Shown: positions 17,138 through 27,140, counted from the stretch's first letter. The stretch is DNA of 64,000 nt from Alphaproteobacteria bacterium (GCA_965261975.1 CBDHEC010000056.1:96001-160000); one strand, 5' to 3'. Notes: generated by a model not told the origin, from the sequence alone. Made by a program: numbers and translations.

Positions 17138-18835
17138 ATGGGGGCGTCCTCGCCTTTGCGTTGGGTGCCCGTGGTGACCCTGCTGTTGCTGCTGGGGCCG
17201 GTGGTAGCCGGCCTGCTCGGCACGCTGTTTCCCGCCTTCGGCTATCTGCCCGCGTTGGGCCGCACGACGTTCAGCCTGGAGCCGTGGCGGGCGCTGTTTG
17301 CGGCACCCGGCGTGGCGGAATCGATCCGGCTGTCCTTCGTGACCGGGCTGGCCGTCACGGTCGTATCGTTTGCCGTGGTCATCCTGTTCGTCGCCGGCTG
17401 GCACGGCACGCGTTCCTTCGCGCGGGTCCAGAAGCTGCTCTCGCCGCTGCTTTCGGTACCCCATGTGACCGTCGCGTTCGGGCTGGCGTTTCTGTTGGCC
17501 CCGTCGGGCTGGATCTTCCGCCTGACCTCGCCCTGGCTGACCGGTTATGACCGGCCGCCGGATTTGATTATCGTCCAGGACCCGGACGGTCTGGCGCTGA
17601 TCGCCGGGCTGGTCGTGAAGGAAATCCCGTTTCTTTTTTTGATGACCCTGGCCGCGATCGGGCAGGTGGATGCCGCCCGGGTTCGGACCATGGCCCGCAC
17701 CCTGGGTTACGGCACTATCGCGGCCTGGCTGAAGGCGGTGTTTCCGCTGGTCTATCGCCAGATACGCCTGCCGGTCTTCGCCGTCCTGGCGTTTGCCGCC
17801 TCGGTGGTGGATGTCTCGGTGGTGCTCGCCCCCTCGACCCCGCCGCCGTTCGCCGTTCAGCTGGTGCGCTGGTTCAATGATCCAGACCTGGCGCTGCGAT
17901 TCGTGGCGTCGGCGGGGGCGCTGGTTCAGCTCGGCCTCGTGGTCGCGGCGATCTTCGTCTGGTGGCTGGGTGAACGCGTGGTGGCCTGTCTCGGCCGTGT
18001 CTGGATCCGCGCGGGCAGCCGCGGGCGGCGCGATTTCCCACTGCGCGTTGCCGCCGCCACAGCATTGACGGCGAGTTTCCTGGCGGCGTTCCTCGGTCTG
18101 GCAAGCATGGCGCTGTGGTCGATCGCCGGGCGCTGGCGGTTCCCCGATCCGCTGCCGTCGACCCTTTCGCTCGACGCCTGGACGACCAACGCCGACCGGC
18201 TGACAAATGCCACATTGAACACCGCGACCATCGGGATCGCCGCCGCACTGGTGGGGCTGGCGCTTACGGTGGGTTGTCTGGAGAACGAGGCACGGTTCGG
18301 CAAACGCGCCACGAACCGGGCGTTGTGGCTGCTCTATGTGCCATTGCTGGTGCCCCAGATCGCCTTCCTGTTCGGCACCCAGATCCTGCTGGTGATGAGC
18401 GATCTGGACGGCGCCTGGATCGCGGTCGCCTGGGCCCATCTGGTGTTCGTGCTGCCCTATGTCTTTCTGTCGCTCGCCGATCCCTACCGGGCCTGGGATG
18501 CACGTTACGCCCGGGCGGCGTTGTGTCTGGGCGCGTCACCGCTGCGGGTGTTCTGCCGGGTCAAGCTGCCGATGCTGTTGCGGCCAATCCTGATCGCCGC
18601 CGCCGTCGGGTTCACGGTCTCGATGGGTCAGTATCTGCCGACATTGTTCGCCGGCGCGGGGCGCGTCGACACGTTGACCACGGAAGCGGTATCCCTGGCG
18701 TCGGGAGCCGACAGGCGCGCCATCGGCGCCTACGCGCTGCTGCAGATGATCCTGCCGTTTATCGCCTTCGGGCTGGCGGCGGCCGCGCCGGCATGGCTGT
18801 TCCGCAACCGGCGCGGCCTGACGGTTACGGCCTGA
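17138..18835 (+). CDS. ynjC: YnjC-like ABC transporter permease (two fused TM domains)
   Basis: LLSVPHVTVAFG, KEIPFLF, two EAA-like loops (ARTLGYG, ALCLGAS) and QYLPTLFAGAGR. Confidence 0.82.
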   Translation: MGASSPLRWVPVVTLLLLLGPVVAGLLGTLFPAFGYLPALGRTTFSLEPWRALFAAPGVAESIRLSFVTGLAVTVVSFAVVILFVAGWHGTRSFARVQKLLSPLLSVPHVTVAFGLAFLLAPSGWIFRLTSPWLTGYDRPPDLIIVQDPDGLALIAGLVVKEIPFLFLMTLAAIGQVDAARVRTMARTLGYGTIAAWLKAVFPLVYRQIRLPVFAVLAFAASVVDVSVVLAPSTPPPFAVQLVRWFNDPDLALRFVASAGALVQLGLVVAAIFVWWLGERVVACLGRVWIRAGSRGRRDFPLRVAAATALTASFLAAFLGLASMALWSIAGRWRFPDPLPSTLSLDAWTTNADRLTNATLNTATIGIAAALVGLALTVGCLENEARFGKRATNRALWLLYVPLLVPQIAFLFGTQILLVMSDLDGAWIAVAWAHLVFVLPYVFLSLADPYRAWDARYARAALCLGASPLRVFCRVKLPMLLRPILIAAAVGFTVSMGQYLPTLFAGAGRVDTLTTEAVSLASGADRRAIGAYALLQMILPFIAFGLAAAAPAWLFRNRRGLTVTA

Positions 18836-18912
18836 TGCTCGTGGCTTGACAGGCTGGCCTCCGAACGGGCCCACTGCGGCCAACAACAGACGATCATCCC
18901 CGGGGAGAAATC

Positions 18913-19566
18913 ATGAAGTTATTCGGCTACTGGCGCTCACTCGCCGCGTTTCGAGTACGTATCGCGCTCAACCTCAAGGGCCAGCCCTTCGAGGTCGTCT
19001 CGACCGACCTGATCAAGGGCGAGCAGTTCGACCCGGAATATCTCAAGATCAACCCCCAGGGCGTTGTGCCGGCGCTGGTGACCGATGACGGGAACGCGCT
19101 GACCCAGTCGATGGCGATCCTCGAATATCTCGACGAGACCTATCCCGAGCCGGCCCTGCTGCCGACCGATGCCATGGCCCGTGCGCGGGTCCGGTCGCTG
19201 TGCATGATCCTGGTGGCGGACATGCACCCGCTGGTGGTGCCGCGGATCCGCAAATACATCACCCAGGATTGGGGCCATAGCGAGGAAGAACTCGCCGCGT
19301 GGATCGGCAACTGGACCAAGCTCGGGCTTGCCGCGATCGAGAAGCACCTGGTCGAAGACGGTACGTCGGGCAAATATTGTGAAGGCGATCAGGTGACCCT
19401 GGCCGACCTCTGCCTGGTGCCCCAGGTGGGTGCGGCGACCCTGTTCAAGATCCCGCTGGACGACTATCCGAACTGCGTGCGCATCTTCAAGACATGCATG
19501 GAGAACCCGGCCTTCTTCGACGCGCGGCCGCAGGCCCAGCCGGACTTCCCCGAGGACATGAAGTAG
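18913..19566 (+). CDS. maiA: maleylacetoacetate/maleylpyruvate isomerase (GST zeta class)
   Basis: YWRSLAAFRVRIALNLKG, NPQGVVP, QSMAILEYLDE, ADLCLVPQ and PQAQPD. Confidence 0.85.
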   Translation: MKLFGYWRSLAAFRVRIALNLKGQPFEVVSTDLIKGEQFDPEYLKINPQGVVPALVTDDGNALTQSMAILEYLDETYPEPALLPTDAMARARVRSLCMILVADMHPLVVPRIRKYITQDWGHSEEELAAWIGNWTKLGLAAIEKHLVEDGTSGKYCEGDQVTLADLCLVPQVGAATLFKIPLDDYPNCVRIFKTCMENPAFFDARPQAQPDFPEDMK

Positions 19567-19578
19567 AAAACGGAAACC

Positions 19579-19600
19579 GGGCGGCTCAGCCGCCCTTTTT
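19579..19600 (+). terminator. intrinsic terminator after maiA, overlapping the stop codon of the convergent gene
   Basis: GGGCGGC-TCA-GCCGCCC followed by TTTTT. Confidence 0.6.
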
Positions 19601-20209
19601 CTGAGCCCCCGCCGCGTCCATCAGCTGTTCCAGCACCTCGTAGGGCTGGGCGCCGACGACGCCCTTGGCGTCGGCTACATAGGTCGGAACGCCGGTCACA
19701 CCATACTGGCGGGATTTTTCCCAGTCCGCGTCGATCGCGGCCTCGAAGGTGCGTTTCTCCAGCACCTCGCGCGCGGCGGCACCATCGAGCCCGACCCCTT
19801 CGGCGATCTCCACCAGGAGATCGGCATCGCCGATGTTCTTGGCGTCGACGAAATAGGCCTCGTAGAGCTTCATGTGGATGGCATCGCCGCCCGGCTGGGT
19901 GTCGGCCCACTTGCCGAGCTCCTGGGCCAGCCGGCTGTTGTAGGTGTGGGTGCGCTTGCCGTAGGGCAGGCCTTCCTCGTCCATCCGCGCCTTCATGTTC
20001 TGGTACATGGCGTCGAGATCGACATCGCGGCCGGCGAAAAGCTGTTCCAGCGACTGGCCGTCGGCCGGCGTGTCGGGATGCAGCGGGAAGTGAACGGTCT
20101 GGATGTCGACGTCGTAGGCCTGGCGGAGTTTTTCAACACGCACGGTGCTGAGGTAACACCAGGGTCAAACGTAGTCGGCGAAGACCTCAAGGGTCACGGG
20201 ATCGGACAT
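19586..20209 (-). CDS. DsbA/FrnE-family thioredoxin-fold selenoprotein (UxxC: UPWC)
   Basis: From ATG 20209 the frame reads MSDPVTLEVFADYV-TGA-PWCYLSTVRVEKL..., in frame with ORF 19586-20143. The TGA sits at the first Cys of the family CPWC motif. cis-Pro motif GVTGVPT and GAQPY are present, with an AAGGA SD upstream. Confidence 0.88.
20119..20163 (-). promoter_or_regulatory. bacterial SECIS-like hairpin immediately 3' of the UGA
   Basis: Lower stem CCUGGUG/CGCCAGG; upper stem UCAGCAC/GUGUUGA; apical loop CGUGC beginning 20 nt after the UGA. Confidence 0.7.
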
Positions 20210-20304
20210 GGTTGGATTCCTTCGTGTGAGACGGCCTGCACCATAGCAGAGACAGGGCCGGGCGCGATAACATTGCCGGGACCTCTCACACCCCGGAGCC
20301 CGAT

Positions 20305-20748
20305 ATGACCGACCACACGATCCCGTCCCGCAAGCTCACCCATGATGGCATCCGTGCCCTAATTGATGCTGCCGTGGCCAAGGCCGACGAGATGGGGGTG
20401 CCCATGGGCATCGCCGTGGCCAATGACGGCGCGCGGATCGTCGGCTATCTCCTGATGGACGGCGCGCGCGTGCTGGCCCAGGACTCCGCCAGCGCCAAGG
20501 CGATGACGGCGGCGAGCCACCGCATGCCGACCCACGCCATCGATTACAATATCGGCATGGGCCTGTCGGTCTCGACGCAAGGCAAGGTGCTGCCGCTGCG
20601 CGGCGGCGTGCCGATCATCATCGACGGCTATTGCGTCGGCGGCATCGGCTGCGGCTCGGGCACGGGCGAAGAGGACCTCGTGGTGGCCAAGGCCGCGCTG
20701 GCGGCGATCGGCGCGGAGATTCCCGACGACGACGCCAGCGAGGGCTAG
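20305..20748 (+). CDS. GlcG/HbpS-family heme-binding protein
   Basis: IAVANDG...MDGA...ASAKAMTA; GGVPIIIDGYCVGGIGCGSGTGEED. Confidence 0.85.
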   Translation: MTDHTIPSRKLTHDGIRALIDAAVAKADEMGVPMGIAVANDGARIVGYLLMDGARVLAQDSASAKAMTAASHRMPTHAIDYNIGMGLSVSTQGKVLPLRGGVPIIIDGYCVGGIGCGSGTGEEDLVVAKAALAAIGAEIPDDDASEG

Positions 20749-21930
20749 GCGGCGTCGCGCCGGACCATCACCACGAAGAAAAGCCAGGACAGGGTGGTGC
20801 AGCCGAGCATCAGCAGGCCGAGCTGCAGGAAAGAGGTCTGGACGAGGCTGGCCACCGCCAGGGTGCTCGCGAAACCGGCGCTCATCTGAATGAAGCCGCC
20901 CAGCGCCGCGGCGGAACCGGCGGTTGGAGGTGCGACCGCCGTGAGGGCGCCCGCCAGGCTGTTCGGCACCAGGAAGCCCGAGCCCCAGGAGTAGATGAAC
21001 ATCGGCACGATCAACGTGTAGGGCGTGTCGAGACCCATGAGCGCCAGCACCACCGTCGCGCCCGTTCCGGCAATCGCCAGGAGGCCGCCGATCGAGATCA
21101 TCCGGGCCCGCGAGACCCGCTGCGCCAGCCGGCTGGAGATATAGTTGCCGATGATGTAGCCGGCCGGCGTCGACAGGATGAAGAAACCGAACGCCTCGGG
21201 GGGTGACGCCCATGACCACGATGAAGGCGATGGGAGTCCCGGCGATGAAGGCCTGGAAGGTGGCGCCCATCGCGCCGGTGCTCAGGCTGTAGCCCATGAA
21301 ACGGGTCATGCGCGCGAGGCGCAGATAGGTCAGCGCGAGAGCGCCGGGACGGGTGTATTTGCGGGCCTCGGGCGGCAATGTTTCGCGCAGCGTCATCAGT
21401 GTCGCGAGCAGCACGCCGGCGCCGAGCAGCGCGGTGGCCAGGAAATTCGACTGCCAGCCGAAACGCACCTCGAGCTGCCCGCCGATCAGCGGCGCGACCA
21501 TGGGGGCAACCGCGAGGGACATGCCCAGATAGGCCATGGCCCGCGTGGCGGCGGGCCCGTCGGTGGTGTCGCGCACGATGGCACGCGAAATGACGATGCA
21601 GGTGCAGCCACCGATTGCCTGAACCACCCGGGCGGCAATGAGGAAGGTGATGTTCGGCGCCAGCGCGCAGGCCAGGCCGCCGAGGGTGAAAAGGACCAGA
21701 CCCGTGATCAGCGGCCGGCGCCGTCCGATCGCATCGGACAGCGGGCCGACCACCAGCTGCGCCAGCGCGAAGGCGCCGAGATAGACAGACACGGTCATCT
21801 GGGCGAGCGCCTGGCTGGTGTCGAGATGTTCCGCGATGGACGGCAGGGACGGCAAGAAGATCGTGATGGCCACCTGGCTGGCCACCATCAGCGACACCAG
21901 CAGGGCGATCGGGGCAGGCTGATCCGTCAT
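20745..21930 (-). pseudogene. Bcr/CflA-family MFS efflux transporter with a +1 frameshift (possibly a sequencing error)
   Basis: IFLPSLP, GPLSDAIGRRR and LRETLP. Removing one base from the G6 run at 21198-21203 restores GVTPEAFGFFILS... into the frame of ORF 20745-21101. Confidence 0.8.
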
Positions 21931-22044
21931 GGATATTGATGTCCCGGCTGGGATGTCGCGAGGGGCGGTTGATGGCCCGAGTTGACCATTGCACTCGGCT
22001 GTCTTACCCCGCAGGGTAATGCCAAACGGGGGAGAAGAGGAACC

Positions 22045-23235
22045 ATGTCCAACGCAACCGACCAATGCGATACACGCACACGCTCCGGGCCCTTGGTGGG
22101 CCTCAAGGTGGTGGAACTGGCGGGGATCGGCCCCGGGCCCTTCGCGGCGATGCTGCTGGCCGACCTGGGCGCCGACGTCATCAAGATCGACCGCCCGGCC
22201 GATGCGGGCCTCGGGGTACCACGGGGTGCGGAGTTCGATCTGGCGACCCGCTCGCGACCTTCTGTTGCCGTCGATCTGAAGAACCCCGACGGCGTCGAGA
22301 CCGTGCTGCGGCTGGTCGAGAGCGCCGACGTGCTGATCGAGCCCTATCGCCCGGGCGTGACCGAGAAACTCGGCCTCGGCCCGGACGAGTGCATGGCCCG
22401 CAACCCGAAGCTGGTCTATGCGCGCATGACCGGGTTCGGCGGGACGGGCACCCTGGCCAAGGCGGCGGGCCATGACATCAACTACATCTCGCTATCGGGC
22501 GCGCTGCACGCGATCGGCGGCAAGGACAAGCCGACCCCGCCGCTCAACCTGATCGGCGATTATGGCGGGGGCGCGCTGTATCTCGCCTTCGGCGTCATGG
22601 CGGCGGTCTATGAGGCGCGCAGCAGCGGCGAGGGCCAGGTTGTGGATGTGGGCATGGTCGACGGCGCGGCGAGCCTGATGATCCCGGTGATCGGGTTGCA
22701 CGCGTCGGGTTACTTCACCGACGAGCGCGCCTCGAACATCCTCGATGGCGGGGCACCCTTCTATGACGCATTCGAATGCGCCGACGGGAAGTTCGTCTCC
22801 ATCGGTTCCATCGAGAAAAAATTCTACGCCATCCTGCTCGACAAGCTCGGCCTTGCCGACGCGGACCTGCCGGACCAGATGGACCGGGAACGCTGGCCCG
22901 AACTCAAGGCACGCTTTGCCAAGGTGATCGCGACCAAGACCCGCGACGAATGGGTCGAGATCATGGAGGGGACCGATGTTTGTTTCGCGCCGGTGATGTC
23001 CATGACCGAGGCGCATACACATCCCCACAACGTGGCCCGCGGCAACTTCGTCGAGGTGGCGGGAATCACCCAGCCGGGGGCGGCGCCGAAGTTTTCGCGC
23101 ACACCCGGCAAGATCCACTCGCCGCCGTCGGTGCCCGGCGAGCATACCGAGGAGGCGCTCGCCGCCTGGGGGCTGCCGGCGGACGACATCGCGACGCTGA
23201 AGGCCGCGGGCGCGATTGGGCGAAAAGAGAGCTAG
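22045..23235 (+). CDS. CaiB/BaiF family III CoA-transferase / alpha-methylacyl-CoA racemase
   Basis: ELAGIGPGPFAAMLLADLGADV, AGHDINY, NLIGDYGGG and LDGGAPFY. Confidence 0.9.
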   Translation: MSNATDQCDTRTRSGPLVGLKVVELAGIGPGPFAAMLLADLGADVIKIDRPADAGLGVPRGAEFDLATRSRPSVAVDLKNPDGVETVLRLVESADVLIEPYRPGVTEKLGLGPDECMARNPKLVYARMTGFGGTGTLAKAAGHDINYISLSGALHAIGGKDKPTPPLNLIGDYGGGALYLAFGVMAAVYEARSSGEGQVVDVGMVDGAASLMIPVIGLHASGYFTDERASNILDGGAPFYDAFECADGKFVSIGSIEKKFYAILLDKLGLADADLPDQMDRERWPELKARFAKVIATKTRDEWVEIMEGTDVCFAPVMSMTEAHTHPHNVARGNFVEVAGITQPGAAPKFSRTPGKIHSPPSVPGEHTEEALAAWGLPADDIATLKAAGAIGRKES

Positions 23236-23239
23236 CCTC

Positions 23240-24129
23240 GTGGCCACGAAGATTCCCTACAACCGCGAACTCGACTTCGAATATGGCCGGGTGGACGAAC
23301 TCACCCCGCTGATCCGCCGGGTGATCGCCAACAACCCCAGCGCCTTCACGTTCCACGGCACCGGCACCTATATCGTCGGGCATGGCCAGGTGGCGATCGT
23401 CGACCCGGGCCCGGACCTGGCCGAGCATGTGGACGCGCTGCTGGCTGCGATCCGCGGCGAGACGGTGAGCCATATCCTCGTGACCCACACCCACAACGAC
23501 CACTCGCCCGCCGTGAAGGCTGTGCAGGCCGCGACGGGCGCGCCGAGCTACGCCTATGGCCCCCATGGCACCCGGCCCGAGGACGGGGCGAGCGAGGGGG
23601 GCGCCGACTATGACTTCGCACCTGATCACGTGATCAGCGATGGCGATACGGTCACGGGCAACGGCTGGTCGGTCGAGGCGGTGCACACGCCCGGCCACTG
23701 CTCGAACCATCTGTGCTTTGCCCTGCAGGAGGAATCGACGCTCCTGTGCGGCGACCATGTGATGGGCTGGTCCACCTCCATCGTCTCGCCGCCCGACGGC
23801 GACATGGCAGCCTATATGGCCTCACTGGAGAAGGTGGGCCGGCACGAATCGCGGCCCGCTACTTCCCGACCCATGGCGCGCCGATCGATGACCCCAAGCC
23901 CTATGTGAAGGCCCTGCTGGCCCACCGCCACGAGCGCGAAGACCAGATCATGGCCGAGCTGGCGTCAGGCCCCGCGACCATCGAAGAGATGGTGCCGCGC
24001 ATGTATGCCGACGTCGACCCGAAGCTCTACCCGGCGGCCGCGCGCTCGGTGCTGGCCCACCTGATCCACATGGTGGAGACGGGGCGGGTGAAGGCGGACG
24101 GGGACGTGTACCGGTTGTTCGGTAACTAG
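23240..24129 (+). pseudogene. MBL-fold metallo-hydrolase (LACTB2-like) with a frameshift near 23835-23860
   Basis: THTHNDH, HTPGH and GDHVMGWST in one frame; YFPTHG...ARSVLAHL continues in ORF 23713-24129. Confidence 0.8.
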
Positions 24130-24138
24130 GCTTCGCCT

Positions 24139-24780
24139 CTACTCCGGCGTGATGAAGTACTGGCCGCGCAGGAAGCGTGAGAGCGGCACCGGTCGCTCCG
24201 GGTCGGGCTTTGGCGGGTTGTGGATGTGCCGCTCGGCCTCGGCCATCGCGATGCGGGTGATGCCGGCCACGTCGAGCAGGCGGGACTCATCGAAACTCCG
24301 GAACGCCAGGTCGACCAGCTCGCCGTCGCCCGCCAGTTTGCCGTTTGCCTTGTCCGCCTCCACCAGGAAGAAGCGCGCATCGAACCGGCGCGTGCGGCCG
24401 GGCGGGGTGATGGCCCGGAAGAAATAGTCGAGGCCGTCCAGGTGCGGGTGCAGCACGCCGTCCTCGGCGTCTCCGATCAGCAGGCCTGTTTCCTCCCAGG
24501 TCTCGCGCACGGCTGCCGATGCGATGGCGCGCGCACGGGTCGGGTTGGCGGCAGCACGCTCCAGCCGGGCCTGCACGTCGGCGGGCAGCGGCGTCTCCGG
24601 CTTCAGCCGCCCGTCGTTCGTCTCCACCCGGCCGCCGGGAAACACATAGGCGTGGGGCATGAAGACATGGTTGTGGTGGCGACGCCCCATCAGCACCTCG
24701 ACGGTGCCCCGGCGGCGGCGCCAGACAACCATGGTCGCGGCGTCGACGGGGCGGCGTGAACGTTGAGGTTTCTCGGCCAT
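24139..24780 (-). CDS. NUDIX hydrolase
   Basis: VFPGG...AAVRETWEETGL Nudix box; ITPPGRTRRFDARFF. Confidence 0.88.
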   Translation of the reverse strand: MAEKPQRSRRPVDAATMVVWRRRRGTVEVLMGRRHHNHVFMPHAYVFPGGRVETNDGRLKPETPLPADVQARLERAAANPTRARAIASAAVRETWEETGLLIGDAEDGVLHPHLDGLDYFFRAITPPGRTRRFDARFFLVEADKANGKLAGDGELVDLAFRSFDESRLLDVAGITRIAMAEAERHIHNPPKPDPERPVPLSRFLRGQYFITPE

Positions 24781-24800
24781 GCCTGGCGAATCCCGGGACG

Positions 24801-25454
24801 CTATTTGACCGTCGAGAAGGAGGTCGGCACCAGGTAGCGGTTCTGCTGGTCGATCACCCGGTGGCCGTTGGCGGCCTGGTAGAGCGGCCAGCGCGGGTCG
24901 GCGACGGCCTTGGCCTGGCGTTCCTCGCGGTCACCCTGGCTGTCCCAGTACCAGAGATGCACCACCTGGTTGATCTTGCCCGTGATCGACGAGAAATAGC
25001 CGATCAGCTGCCAGCCCGCGTCATCGATGACAGGTTTGGCCAGCGCCTTGGTGACTTCCACATAGTTGGGCACTTGCGTATAGGCGATGGTGTAGGTGCG
25101 CTCGTCCACGAAGCCCTTGGGGCTGCCGTTGCCCATGAAGGCGAACGGCTCGACCACGTCGGTCGCCTGCAGAAGCCGGTTGAACTGGGAGACCAGCTTG
25201 TCGGAGCTTCCCTGGCGGTACTCGGTCCATTCCGGGTCGTTGTAGAGCGACGCCCGGCAGTCCTGGCGGACTTGCGCGTTCTCCCACTTCCAGTAGTGGA
25301 CGACCGAATTGATCTCGCCGGTCTCGACCGTGTAGTAGCCGGCCGGTTCGAACCCGTGCTTGCGCTGAAGTGGTTGTCCGACCTCCTCGACATTCTTCAG
25401 GAATGCCGGCATCTGGCCCGGCTTGATGGCGTAGCGGCGCGCGTCGACGATCAT
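24801..25454 (-). CDS. protein with tandem NIPSNAP domains
   Basis: Two repeats (RRY...GEINSVVHYW; ERTY...GKINQVVHLW) ending in LVPTSFS; start re-called at ATG 25454. Confidence 0.82.
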   Translation of the reverse strand: MIVDARRYAIKPGQMPAFLKNVEEVGQPLQRKHGFEPAGYYTVETGEINSVVHYWKWENAQVRQDCRASLYNDPEWTEYRQGSSDKLVSQFNRLLQATDVVEPFAFMGNGSPKGFVDERTYTIAYTQVPNYVEVTKALAKPVIDDAGWQLIGYFSSITGKINQVVHLWYWDSQGDREERQAKAVADPRWPLYQAANGHRVIDQQNRYLVPTSFSTVK

Positions 25455-25564
25455 GCGCTTGTCTCCCCCGATCTTGTCTGGCCGCGTGCGATTGCCGCCG
25501 GGCCTTATCGGTGTATCGTGACATTCTTTGCGGGCGGTTGAAAGCCACGGCCCATGGGGAGCAG

Positions 25565-26488
25565 ATGATGGAAGAGGCAAAGATTTTGCAGGTCATAGAG
25601 ATCGGGGCGACCCTCGGGGAGAGCCCTGTCTGGTCGCCGGACGAGGGGGTGCTCTGGTGGCTCGATATCAAGGCGCCGGCGCTGCATCGCCACGACCCCC
25701 GGACGGGCGTCGACGACAGCTGGCCGCTGCCCCAGGAGACGGGCTCGATTGTTCTGCGCGAAGGCGGCGGATTGGTGGGCGCGTTGCGGGGCGGGTTCGC
25801 GTTTCTCGACCTGGGGGCGCCGGGCGAGATGATTCGGCCGGACTGGATCGGCGACCCGGAGCCCGACCGGCCGGTCAACCGGCTGAACGATGGCCGCGCC
25901 GATCGTCAGGGCCGCTTCTGGGCCGGGTCGATGCACGACCCCGATGGTCCCCCCCAGACATATTTCGAGCGCGAGCCGGTCGGTGCGTTTCATCGACTGG
26001 ATGCGGACGGGTCCATGCACCGGATGATCGACGGGATACTGGTGTCCAACGGGCTGTGCTGGTCACCCGATGGGACAACCATGTACACGGCGAATTCCCC
26101 GACCCGCGAAATGCATGCCTGGGACTATGACCCGGCGACCGGCGATATCGCGAACGAGCGCGTTTTCGCGACATTCCCCGAGGAAGACGGACGCGGCACC
26201 CCGGACGGGGCGATCGTCGATGCCGAGGGTGGAGTCTGGGTGGCGGAGTTTCGCGCGGGCCGTGTCACGAGGCTGACCCCCGATGGTGATGTCGATCGAA
26301 TGATCGCGCTGCCGGTGAGCCGGGTGACCTGTCCGATGTTCGGCGGGCCCGATCTCGAGACGCTCTATGTCACCACCGCGCGGATCATGCTGACCCCCGA
26401 CGAACTGGCGCGCGAACCCCTCGCCGGCGCTCTCTTCGCTCTCGATGCCGGGGTCAGCGGGCTACCCGAGGCGGCATTCCCCGGATAA
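25565..26488 (+). CDS. SMP-30/gluconolactonase/LRE family protein
   Basis: LGESPVW, RLNDGRADRQGRFWAGSM, SNGLCWSPDG, PDG and FGGPDL. Confidence 0.9.
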   Translation: MMEEAKILQVIEIGATLGESPVWSPDEGVLWWLDIKAPALHRHDPRTGVDDSWPLPQETGSIVLREGGGLVGALRGGFAFLDLGAPGEMIRPDWIGDPEPDRPVNRLNDGRADRQGRFWAGSMHDPDGPPQTYFEREPVGAFHRLDADGSMHRMIDGILVSNGLCWSPDGTTMYTANSPTREMHAWDYDPATGDIANERVFATFPEEDGRGTPDGAIVDAEGGVWVAEFRAGRVTRLTPDGDVDRMIALPVSRVTCPMFGGPDLETLYVTTARIMLTPDELAREPLAGALFALDAGVSGLPEAAFPG

Positions 26489-26596
26489 CCCTCCGAAACC
26501 CGTGCCGCGATCGGCATGGAATTGCCTCAATCCCGACACCCGACAGCCCAGTTGCGCCGTCAGCCTTCAATCAGCCCTGTCAGGGAGGAGCGACGG

Positions 26597-26995
26597 ATGC
26601 GCGGGTTAACGGTGGTTGCATGGGTCATTGGCGGTTTGCCAGTTGTGGCGTTTGCCGCGACGCTCGCCTTGACCGACGGCGCACCGATACGCGCACCGTC
26701 CGCAGGGTCAGGGATGCCGGCCGCGGCACGCGCGGCGCCGGACTGGCTAGGGCAACCGGCCCTCGCGACGCCCGCCGGCATCCCTACTCGTGCCTGGGAC
26801 CAAGCGCCCCGGACGGTCGTGAGCTGGAAACCGCCGCCCGCGGCCGAGTTTCGACATGACCGTACCCGGGCGGGGTGGGACCAGCTGCGGCGGCTCGCCG
26901 AGTCCGGCGACCGGGACGCGATGGTGTTTCTCACATTGATGCGGGCCGGTGCGATCCCCGGCGCGGGACACGGGACCAGCCTGCCGGCACCTTGA
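26597..26995 (+). CDS. hypothetical protein with an N-terminal membrane anchor
   Basis: GGAGGAG SD before ATG 26597; hydrophobic N-terminus; Sel1-like LRRLAESGDRDA tail. Confidence 0.45.
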   Translation: MRGLTVVAWVIGGLPVVAFAATLALTDGAPIRAPSAGSGMPAAARAAPDWLGQPALATPAGIPTRAWDQAPRTVVSWKPPPAAEFRHDRTRAGWDQLRRLAESGDRDAMVFLTLMRAGAIPGAGHGTSLPAP

Positions 26996-27018
26996 AATTT
27001 GCCGTTTCGAAACCATTT
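26991..27018 (+). promoter_or_regulatory. RpoH (sigma32)-type heat-shock promoter
   Basis: CTTGAA-N16-CCATTT upstream of an sHsp gene. Confidence 0.6.
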
Positions 27019-27140
27019 AATGTCTACGCTGTGAGGCTCATGCGAGCGCATGGCGATCGAAATCAGGGGTGCCGTAATCGGGCCCCAAGGACCGTGATGC
27101 CGGCGGAGACTATGAAACCGGCTGGTGTCGCGGCCCGGAA

